DNA of 64,000 nt from IMG/VR virus record IMGVR_UViG_3300017917_001839, positions 58,295 to 122,294 of that record; one strand, written 5' to 3'. Of this stretch, positions 46,121-54,232 are shown piece after piece (position 1 is the first letter of the stretch; every line of letters begins with the position of its first letter). The notes under the pieces are model-generated. The model made no database searches. It saw nothing but the letters and a program-made list of their open reading frames with translations, and was not told where the DNA came from. The DNA comes from a virus. The translations under genes were made by a program, and so were the position numbers.

Positions 46121-47889
46121 TGCTAAAGATTAAAAATGTAAGTGCCAAGAACTTCATGAGTATTGGCGCTCAGACGCAGGCTGTTAATTTTGATAATTGC
46201 AACCTTACACTAGTGTTAGGGCATAACCTTGACCTAGGCGGGGATGGCAGTCGTAACGGCACAGGCAAGACAACAATTGTAAATGCACTCAGCTACGGAC
46301 TATACGGCGAAGCATTAACTAACATTAAGAAAGATAACCTAATCAACAAGACAAATGGCAAGACCATGATTGTCACAGTTGATTTTGAAGTTAATGGCAA
46401 GGCATATCGTATTGAAAGAGGCCGTAAACCAAACATCTTGCGCTTCTATGTTGATGGTGTTGAAACCAACGAAGACGATGATGCACAAGGCGACAGCAGA
46501 GAAACACAAAAAGAAATTGAACGCATTGTTGGCTTCCCGCATGAAATGTTTAAGCACATTGTTGCGCTAAACACTTATACCGAGCCTTTCCTCAGCATGA
46601 AGTCTAATGACCAACGTGCAATGATTGAGCAGTTGTTAGGTATCACCGAGCTAAGTCAAAAAGCAGATATTCTCAAAGAGCTGCTTAAGCAAACCAAGGA
46701 TGCTATTCGTGATGAAGAAATACGCATCAATGTAGTTAAGACCAGCAACGAGCGTATTGAAAAGAACATTGCCGAAATTGAAAGTCGCAGTAAGGCTTGG
46801 GAAAAGACCAAGTCAGATAAACTTGCTGACATGCAAAATGTTATCAGCGCACTCAGCGAGATTGACATTGAAAAAGAGATCGAAGGTCACAAGACTAATC
46901 AAGTTAACAAAGAACAGCGCGATGCAAAGACTGTTTTAGAAAACGAAAGAGATCGAACTGAAACGTCGCTGAACCGCAGTAACAAAAAGTGCGATGAGCT
47001 AAAGAGCAACATTAAGAATGCACTAGAAGGTGTATGTCCTGCGTGTAAGCAAAGCACAGCACATTTAGATACGCACGAAGAATATACCGCAGAGCTTAAC
47101 GTTAAACTTGGTGAAGAAACAAAGTATAACAGCGAAGTAGCAGAACGACTGAAAGAAGTTAAAGATGCTATTGCTGCACTAGGTATTGTTGCAGAAGATG
47201 TTACTACTTTCTACGATAGTATTGAAGGTGCGTTGGAACACAAACATAATCTAGAAACGCTAACTGCACAGTACAACGAAAAAACTGTTGAAGTTAATCC
47301 GTATACTGATCAAATTGAGAGTTTAAAAAGCACAGGGTTACAAGAGATTAGCTTTGAAACAATTAACGAGCTTACGTATCTTAAGGACCACCAAGAGTTC
47401 TTGCTCAAGCTACTAACAAGTAAAGATAGTTTTATTCGTAAAAAGATTATTGATCAAAACATTGCTTACCTAAACCATCGTCTTGCATACTATCTTGACA
47501 AGATTGGTTTACCGCATGACGTTAAATTTAACAGTGACCTCACAGTTGAGATTACTGAGTATGGTCGCGATCTAGACTTTGATAACTTGAGTCGCGGTGA
47601 ACGTAACAGACTTATTCTAAGTTTGTCATGGGCTTTCCGTGACATTTACGAAAGTTTGAACCAACCCATGAACTTGATGTGCATTGACGAACTTATTGAC
47701 AGTGGCATGGATAGTATGGGTGTTGAAAACAGTCTTGCTATCCTTAAGCGGATGAACAGAGAAAATGGTAAAAACATTTTCCTAATCAGTCACAAAGAAG
47801 AACTAGTTGGTCGTGTTAACAATGTACTAACAGTTATTAAGGAAGGTGGCTTTACCAGCTACAACACTGATACCGAATATGTAGAGTAA
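46120..47889 (+). CDS. gp46: Recombination ATPase subunit (Rad50/SbcC-like)
   Basis: Walker A NGTGKTT, CPAC zinc hook, LSRGE signature, IDE Walker B, ISH. Confidence 0.92.
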   Translation: MLKIKNVSAKNFMSIGAQTQAVNFDNCNLTLVLGHNLDLGGDGSRNGTGKTTIVNALSYGLYGEALTNIKKDNLINKTNGKTMIVTVDFEVNGKAYRIERGRKPNILRFYVDGVETNEDDDAQGDSRETQKEIERIVGFPHEMFKHIVALNTYTEPFLSMKSNDQRAMIEQLLGITELSQKADILKELLKQTKDAIRDEEIRINVVKTSNERIEKNIAEIESRSKAWEKTKSDKLADMQNVISALSEIDIEKEIEGHKTNQVNKEQRDAKTVLENERDRTETSLNRSNKKCDELKSNIKNALEGVCPACKQSTAHLDTHEEYTAELNVKLGEETKYNSEVAERLKEVKDAIAALGIVAEDVTTFYDSIEGALEHKHNLETLTAQYNEKTVEVNPYTDQIESLKSTGLQEISFETINELTYLKDHQEFLLKLLTSKDSFIRKKIIDQNIAYLNHRLAYYLDKIGLPHDVKFNSDLTVEITEYGRDLDFDNLSRGERNRLILSLSWAFRDIYESLNQPMNLMCIDELIDSGMDSMGVENSLAILKRMNRENGKNIFLISHKEELVGRVNNVLTVIKEGGFTSYNTDTEYVE

Positions 47890-47890
47890 A

Positions 47891-48439
47891 ATGATTTTAG
47901 TATTAACTACTCCACGTACCGGAAGTACAAGTTTCTGTGAACAGCTTGCTAGAACGCATTCATATGAAAATCTAGATGAGTATTTTGATGAGGAATCTAC
48001 GGTAGATGATCAACTTACTAAGCTAGAGTATATTAAGCAAAACAAAAATACAGTAATAAAGTGTTTTCCGTGGCATTTGAACCATTCATTGTTTTTAGAA
48101 AAGAATGTAATAACCTTAGCTGAAAAAATTTATATATTGATACGTAGTAATTTTGCTGATCAATGTAAAAGCTACTATCTTGCTAAGTCTACTGACATTT
48201 GGAGTGGTGCACCACAGCAACACCAAACTGTATATGTTGATGATGAACTTTTTAACTTTTGTGTCAAACGTCTTATTAGTGGGTACAACCAACTAGAGAA
48301 ATATTATAGGATTGTGGATTCAGAGCTAGTAGATTATAATGAGCTCTCATTTGAGATCGGAAGAAAATATATTAGACCTGTTACTTTTATCAACGAACCT
48401 AAATATGTTGACTTTGATGTAAAAGCATTGTTTACCTAA
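47891..48439 (+). CDS. Sulfotransferase-like P-loop protein
   Basis: ILVLTTPRTGST (5'-PSB-like loop), E.F, LIR...Q..SY. Confidence 0.55.
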   Translation: MILVLTTPRTGSTSFCEQLARTHSYENLDEYFDEESTVDDQLTKLEYIKQNKNTVIKCFPWHLNHSLFLEKNVITLAEKIYILIRSNFADQCKSYYLAKSTDIWSGAPQQHQTVYVDDELFNFCVKRLISGYNQLEKYYRIVDSELVDYNELSFEIGRKYIRPVTFINEPKYVDFDVKALFT

Positions 48440-48480
48440 ATGTCCATGGTATATTTCCAAACTCCAAGTAAATATGAGTT

Positions 48481-48903
48481 ATGGAATGGACATATAAAGG
48501 TCAAACAGTAAACGAATTACCGGAAGGTACTGAAGCGTTTGTTTACTTGATTACTAACTTAACCAACAACAGAAAGTATGTGGGTAAAAAGTTAGCCAAG
48601 TTTAAAAAGACTCGCCCTCCACTAAAGGGCAAGAAAAACAAGCGTAGAAGTACAGTTGAAAGTGATTGGCGAGAGTACTGGGGCAGTAACGATCATCTTA
48701 AAGAAGATGTTGTACGTTTGGGCTCCGGTAACTTTACTAGGGAGATACTTTATTTCTGTCCTAGCAGAGGTGTAGCCAGTTATTTAGAAGCTAGAGAACA
48801 ATTTGATCGCAAAGTACTCGAAACGGACGAATATTACAACGGTATTATTAACGTTAGAGTAGGCGGTTCACAAATATTAAAAGAAGCACTCAAGGCATTA
48901 TAA
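48481..48903 (+). CDS. GIY-YIG family nuclease
   Basis: FVYLITNLTNNRKYVGKK, YWGS, FTREIL, E, YYN. Confidence 0.82.
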   Translation: MEWTYKGQTVNELPEGTEAFVYLITNLTNNRKYVGKKLAKFKKTRPPLKGKKNKRRSTVESDWREYWGSNDHLKEDVVRLGSGNFTREILYFCPSRGVASYLEAREQFDRKVLETDEYYNGIINVRVGGSQILKEALKAL

Positions 48904-49420
48904 CTACAATACAACATGGCATCCAGGCTTACACGGCTTACCAAAAAACTCTCCCAGGCATCAAATCCTTAAATTAACTAAGGCACAAACATAGGCACTG
49001 CACCGCCCCACCGAGGACTATATCGGTTTCCTTGAGGCTCCGTTTCGCTACGGCGTCAGATTCTGGAATGCAGTCGGCAAGATGCAAACAACGTTATGGC
49101 ATTGAAAGAATGTAGGCTCTGAGAAAAAGCAACCTACAAGCGGGTATAATCAAACTCCACTAGATTATACTGGCTTCCGAGCGAATACAAGTGACGGTAG
49201 TGTATGGGGAGAGAAGGCGCTCTGCTTCCTAATAAGCACCCGGGTTGGAGATGGTGAAGCTCATCGTGATGACGCTTTTCTTTTTGTTCATCCTGCAAAG
49301 GGTGAACTATGGCTCCACTTTCGTGATAACTTCTTAATAGTACTAAAATATCTTACAAGTGAATGAGTGAAGTGAAACGAAACGAATGAACGTAGTAAGA
49401 TAAGGCCTTAAAGGCCTAAC
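48904..49420 (+). ncRNA. Putative structured non-coding element (ncRNA or replication origin)
   Basis: No ORF of 60 aa or more; multiple stems, several using G-U pairs on the + strand. Confidence 0.45.
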
Positions 49421-49476
49421 AGTATGCACAATGAATAGCTGTGAGCATTTGTATTAGTGGTTCAAATCAACTAGCC

Positions 49477-49505
49477 AAAAAAAAATCCCAGCCTAAACTG
49501 GGATT
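49477..49505 (-). terminator. Rho-independent terminator
   Basis: AAUCCCAG-N6-CUGGGAUU followed by a U tract, right after stop 49508. Confidence 0.85.
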
Positions 49506-49507
49506 CT

Positions 49508-49741
49508 TTATAGATACTCCGAGGGTTGTTTGCCTGACTTAACTTGATTGTAGTTGTTTAATATTTTAACAGCTAACTCTCTTTCACTAAAACTCATGTT
49601 CCAGAGATCGTTCCATCTAAATGCACCCTCACTGTAGATTACTATTTCGGTAATCTGCTTTTGTAATTCCCCAGCTTCCTTTCTCAGCTTATTGATATAG
49701 TTTATAATATCTTGGGGTTCAGCTGATGCTAGGAAGCCGTG
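49508..49741 (-). CDS. -1 frameshift extension of the baseplate hub chaperone (gp51-like)
   Basis: Open -1 frame HGFLASAEPQDIINYINKLRKEAGELQKQITEIVIYSEGAFRWNDLWNMSFSERELAVKILNNYNQVKSGKQPSEYL*, with no upstream ATG, beginning at slippery T TTT TTC. Confidence 0.7.
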   Translation of the reverse strand, partial: HGFLASAEPQDIINYINKLRKEAGELQKQITEIVIYSEGAFRWNDLWNMSFSERELAVKILNNYNQVKSGKQPSEYL

Positions 49742-50580
49742 AAAAAATTTACTGGGTCAAAGCCAACCTCCTGTTCGAATGCTCCGTGGTCTTCACATTC
49801 TAACTGGACTCGCTTGTTGACGCCGATCTTGTTGATGCCTGCGATCTTTTCTTCGATGGTCTTGCCAATAACGGTTTCGCAGTTCTCTAGGAACTCACGA
49901 ATCATTTTAGAGTCATCAACTACAAAAGTGTTACCTTCTTCGTCAACACCTTTGATATTAGCAACACTGTCAACAATAAGATCAAAGTTAAGTGCTGCAA
50001 TTCTCAAGAAACTATCGTTGAATGCCTTAAGCTGTTCCATCTCATCCTTAATGTCAGCTAGACCTTGTAAGCTACGTGTGCTCTTGAAATTAGCAATACC
50101 TGCCTTTACGGTACTTTCGTAGCTGAACGGCTTAAGTTCAATTACCAGACCGTTATGTGTTTCAAATGTATAAGTTGACTCTAGCACCTGCATGGTTTCA
50201 AGTGCTGCTTCAACACTAGCAATGCCCGAACACTCTTTGCCGCAGGTTGGGCAGTTACCTTTTACTTCAATGTCGTCGCCGTAGCTAGCACCTTGAATAG
50301 CAACCAGTAGCGCATCAATGTCGTTGCTGATTAGTCTACGTGGTTTCTTCACAGATGGAACACAACTGGAAATTAGTTGAGCAACAGCTTCACCATTCAG
50401 CAACGCATCCGGGTTCTTCATGATCAGCTCATCTTTTGCAGTCATGGGATAAACAGGCAACTCATTGCTGGATGGCATATCTACCACGTCTGGGTTATAG
50501 AAACGGCCACCACTGGGAATCTTGGTGTACAGCTTTGGCGCCCTAAAATACCCACTAAGTGGATTAGTTTGATTTGCCAT
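49729..50580 (-). CDS. gp26: Baseplate hub assembly chaperone, T4 gp26-like
   Basis: NPLSGYFR.P...PSGG.FY...MTAKDE...DIDALLVAI..ASYG...CPTC...FDPVNFF. Confidence 0.72.
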   Translation of the reverse strand: MANQTNPLSGYFRAPKLYTKIPSGGRFYNPDVVDMPSSNELPVYPMTAKDELIMKNPDALLNGEAVAQLISSCVPSVKKPRRLISNDIDALLVAIQGASYGDDIEVKGNCPTCGKECSGIASVEAALETMQVLESTYTFETHNGLVIELKPFSYESTVKAGIANFKSTRSLQGLADIKDEMEQLKAFNDSFLRIAALNFDLIVDSVANIKGVDEEGNTFVVDDSKMIREFLENCETVIGKTIEEKIAGINKIGVNKRVQLECEDHGAFEQEVGFDPVNFFTAS

Positions 50581-50604
50581 ATTAAAACTCCTGTTAATTA
50601 ATAA

Positions 50605-50670
50605 GATAAATATTGTATATTGGTATATCTATCAGTAATGGTATTTATCACCATAAAAACTGTGTTTAAT
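50605..50670. promoter_or_regulatory. Face-to-face late promoters (+ GATAAATA 50605-50612; - GATAAATA 50642-50649)
   Basis: Intergenic region between the divergent chaperone and tape measure genes. Confidence 0.6.
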
Positions 50671-50681
50671 GGATTTTTTGA

Positions 50682-53600
50682 ATGGCTGAAGCTGTATTAC
50701 CTGATGGCAGTGTTGTAAAGTTACCCGACTTTGCGTTAGAACAAACGCAAGCACAGATGCTGGCCACGCTAAAAGTATTGCTTAAAGGCGACAAAGAGTC
50801 ACAGGAACTTTATGAAAAGTTCCTGGATGAAGTTAAACAGGGAAACAAAGATTCTAAAAAAGCTGACGAAAAAGCACAAAAAGTTTTAGAAGAGATCAAA
50901 AAAACAAATATCAAGCAACAAGCGTCTTTTAGACAAAAAGTTGCAGACCGAATTGAAGGTGACGTACAGGGCGTGTTTGTTGGCGCAGGTCGTGCTGTTA
51001 GCGGACTTGCTACAGCCGCAGTATTAGCCACTGGTGCTATCATTGGTTTTGGTGCAAAGATATTTACAGGGTTAACTGATAACCTACGCGACCTAACACA
51101 AGCAGGTTTAGGTTTCAACGAAGGACTGGGACAAGGTGCTGCCGTTGCTATCCAACAGTTTAACTCTTTAGGCTATAGCACACAAGAAGCAACGCAAACA
51201 ATGATTAAGTTTGCTTCTCTAACTGCTACATTGGGTCGAACAGGCCCGGGCTCGTTGGTTAACACAATGAAGTCGTTTAAAGCTCTAACCAATAATGGTT
51301 TAGATCTAGGCATGACATTCAAAGAAGCTAACGAAGCACTATTAGAAGAATTAGAAACTCGTTCAAGTTTAGGCATGCTGGAAGGTTCTGTTACCGGTAG
51401 ACAGCTAGCAGCGGCTAACGAACAAATTAAATTACAAACAGCGTATGCAAGTGTACTAGGTATTAGTGCCGATAAGCTACGTGAAATGAACAAACAGACG
51501 CTGAGCCAAAACACTGGTCTTGTTGCGTTGATGAGTAAGTTTGGTAATAGTGTTTACGAAGGCGCCGCAGCGTTTAATACTGTTATGGCTGCTCGAGGTG
51601 AACAACTAGCTAAAGTTAGTCAGCTGTTCCTAGATGCTGGTGCGCAAAGTAGTGTATTCATTAGTGATGCAGCACGCGAATTAGCAGCCGCCGGCGTAGG
51701 TGGCATTACTGATACATTAATTAGCTTTGGTAGACAATTGCAATCTGGTGCGCTAAACAGCACAGCAGAAGGTGAAGCGGCTGCTCTAAAACTTCAAAAG
51801 AAAATAGGCAGTCTAAACAATACTCAAATTCAAAACTTACAGCGTGTAGTTGAAGCCGGCGGCGCCGGTGCTGAAGCTGCTAAAACAATTCTTCTTGCCT
51901 ACCTCGAAGTAAAACAAACTGAACGTAAGATGGCTGAAGTTGCTAAACGTTTAGGTAGTGGATTAAACATTGATGATCTGATGAAGGCTAGAATCAGTTT
52001 TGATAATAGTATTGCAGAGCTCAAAGGTGCGTTTGATGCATTACTAACCGCAGCAATGATTACTTTCACGCCAATGATTACTAAGTTTGCAAATAGTTTA
52101 ACAAAGTTTTCACAGGCGTTCCAAGATGAAACTGGCCGCGGCGGAAGAAAGATACGCGGTATTGGTACAGCACTACTTGATGGTATCAAACTAATTGGCG
52201 ATTCTATAATGAAGCTATTTGGATTTGACCCTGAAAAGTTAGTCGATCCAGACATGATACGCGATACTGTAGTTAAAAAGATTGACGGATTTGCAAAAAG
52301 TGTATCATCCATGATTGATAGATTTAGTGCTTACCTAGATACCTTTAAAGTAGGTGAAGGCGAAGCACAAAGAATTGATTGGTCTGCAATGTTCCGTGAT
52401 ATGGGTAAGCAAGTTGCAATAGGTATCTTAAACGGTATTGGTGATTTTCTCTGGTCATTGCCTGGCATGCTACTTGATGGTGCTGTGACTATGGTCAAAA
52501 GTGTCTTTATGGATCCACCAGAAGGTGAGGAGAAAGTTGGTGATACTATTCTCAGTGGTGTTTTAAAAATTGTTGGTGCATTATTTGCAGTAGGTGCTAT
52601 TAAAAGTATAGCGGCTGTTGGTATAGGAAAAATTAAAAGTGCAATCGCTGGAAAAATATTTGGCGAGTCAGCTGAATCTCTTTCTCAAAAGAGAACCGGC
52701 GGTTTATTAGATAAGATTCGAGGAAAAACACCTGAAACACCGGGCGGCGCTAGCCCTGCAGGTGCAAGTACATCAAAAGGTGGATCACGTGGTGCAGGTA
52801 AGTCTAACGTTGGTGCAGGATTTGCAAGCCTACTAGAAAATATTGGTAAAGGTTTAGGCGGACTAGGTAAAGGCCTAGGTGATTTCTTAAAGAGCGTTGG
52901 CAGTGGAGCCGGCAAAGGCTTAGAAGGATTATTTAAAGGCCTAGGTAAAGGTTTAACAGCACTAGGTAATCCAAAAGTATTACTTGGTACACTAGCACTT
53001 GGTGGTATTGGCGCAGCATTATTTGTAGCAGGAAAAGCACTACAAGAATTTACTAACATTGATGTACCAACAGTCTTAGTAGCAATTAGTGCATTAGCAG
53101 GTCTAGGTGTTGTAGCAGCAGCCGCAGGCTCATTTGCACCATTACTGGGTCTAGGTGCATTAGCAATTGGCGCTATTGGTTTAGCATTACATGCATTTCC
53201 TATAGACTTATTAAAAGCATTTGGCGATGTTTTAAACACAGTTGTAAACACTGTGATGGTGGGCATGCCGCCTATCATTACCGCGGTAGGTGATGCTCTA
53301 GCAAAATTAGTTGAAGTAGGTGCTAAAGGCTTTGACACAGTAATGCAAAGTGTTGGTACACTACTAGAACGAATTAATAAACTAGACGGTGGTAATTTAT
53401 TAGAATCTGCCGCTGGTATTGGTGCTGTAGGTGCAGCATTAGCAGCCTTAGGCGCTGGCAGTGTAGTTGGCGGCATTGGCAATTTCTTTGGCAGCTTGTT
53501 TGGCGGCGGCGATCCATTTGATCGTTTGATGAAGGTAGCAGACGCTTCTGGTAAGTTTGATGTGCTATCAGGTAGACTAAGCACACTAGCAGGTGTTATG

Positions 53601-54158
53601 GGAGAAACCGCTAAAGTAATTAAATCACTAGATCCACAGAACTTAGAAAAGATTGTTACCGAGTTTACAAGACTGTGGAGAAACTTAGCCAACGTTGAAC
53701 TAAACACAAAACCATACTATGACTTTGCGGCGATCAGCACAGAAGCTATGCTAAAGAATGCTGACGCAATTAACAAGATTGCTGCCGCAAACAAAGCACA
53801 GAACTTAGCTTATGCAGAGTTTATTAAATTAGACGATACTAAGTTTGCTAAGAACGTTCAAAATGCCTACAACTATAATGCAGCAAATGCCGGTGCAACT
53901 GAGCAAGGCGGACTAACACAAACTGTTAAAAATGTATTTGCGTCGCTGTTTGGCAATAAACCTGCTACACCTGTAGATAACTCAAAAATTAAGCCAACTG
54001 CACCAACTTCGGGCAACGTAGCCGAAAGTCCATTACTAAACTCATTGCAAACACCAGTGGACAAAGATTCAATTGGCAGAACGCCTGCACAAATTCTAGA
54101 ACAGGTTGAACGAGTATTACGTAGCGAATTAGGACAGATCCGCGAAAATACTAAGTAA
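50682..54158 (+). CDS. Tape measure protein
   Basis: 1158 aa, Ala/Gly/Leu-rich helical, hydrophobic segments, GKGLG repeats; adjacent to the chaperone. Confidence 0.7.
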   Translation: MAEAVLPDGSVVKLPDFALEQTQAQMLATLKVLLKGDKESQELYEKFLDEVKQGNKDSKKADEKAQKVLEEIKKTNIKQQASFRQKVADRIEGDVQGVFVGAGRAVSGLATAAVLATGAIIGFGAKIFTGLTDNLRDLTQAGLGFNEGLGQGAAVAIQQFNSLGYSTQEATQTMIKFASLTATLGRTGPGSLVNTMKSFKALTNNGLDLGMTFKEANEALLEELETRSSLGMLEGSVTGRQLAAANEQIKLQTAYASVLGISADKLREMNKQTLSQNTGLVALMSKFGNSVYEGAAAFNTVMAARGEQLAKVSQLFLDAGAQSSVFISDAARELAAAGVGGITDTLISFGRQLQSGALNSTAEGEAAALKLQKKIGSLNNTQIQNLQRVVEAGGAGAEAAKTILLAYLEVKQTERKMAEVAKRLGSGLNIDDLMKARISFDNSIAELKGAFDALLTAAMITFTPMITKFANSLTKFSQAFQDETGRGGRKIRGIGTALLDGIKLIGDSIMKLFGFDPEKLVDPDMIRDTVVKKIDGFAKSVSSMIDRFSAYLDTFKVGEGEAQRIDWSAMFRDMGKQVAIGILNGIGDFLWSLPGMLLDGAVTMVKSVFMDPPEGEEKVGDTILSGVLKIVGALFAVGAIKSIAAVGIGKIKSAIAGKIFGESAESLSQKRTGGLLDKIRGKTPETPGGASPAGASTSKGGSRGAGKSNVGAGFASLLENIGKGLGGLGKGLGDFLKSVGSGAGKGLEGLFKGLGKGLTALGNPKVLLGTLALGGIGAALFVAGKALQEFTNIDVPTVLVAISALAGLGVVAAAAGSFAPLLGLGALAIGAIGLALHAFPIDLLKAFGDVLNTVVNTVMVGMPPIITAVGDALAKLVEVGAKGFDTVMQSVGTLLERINKLDGGNLLESAAGIGAVGAALAALGAGSVVGGIGNFFGSLFGGGDPFDRLMKVADASGKFDVLSGRLSTLAGVMGETAKVIKSLDPQNLEKIVTEFTRLWRNLANVELNTKPYYDFAAISTEAMLKNADAINKIAAANKAQNLAYAEFIKLDDTKFAKNVQNAYNYNAANAGATEQGGLTQTVKNVFASLFGNKPATPVDNSKIKPTAPTSGNVAESPLLNSLQTPVDKDSIGRTPAQILEQVERVLRSELGQIRENTK

Positions 54159-54196
54159 GGCTAAACCTTAATTAACAAAAAACTTTTAGGGCCTAT

Positions 54197-54204
54197 GATA
54201 AATA
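54197..54204 (+). promoter_or_regulatory. Putative late promoter GATAAATA
   Basis: Upstream of the portal gene. Confidence 0.6.
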
Positions 54205-54232
54205 GTGCTATATTCGGATATAGAGGTCTCTA

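Noticed and set aside
47587-47601. LSRGE instead of LSGGE ABC signature in gp46
   Set aside because: Signature variation is usual in phage gp46 proteins; all other motifs are intact
48481-48903. GIY-YIG gene as a mobile homing endonuclease
   Set aside because: Only 140 aa, no evident C-terminal DNA-binding module and not within an intron; kept as a free-standing nuclease
48904-49420. CRISPR array, tRNA or self-splicing intron in the non-coding gap
   Set aside because: No constant-length repeat-spacer units, no cloverleaf with TTCGA/CCA, and flanking genes are not interrupted
52685-53707. 340-aa antisense ORF and other shadow ORFs within the tape measure, giant and gp5 genes
   Set aside because: Explained by codon bias of Gly/Ala-rich sense genes; no SD or recognisable motifs
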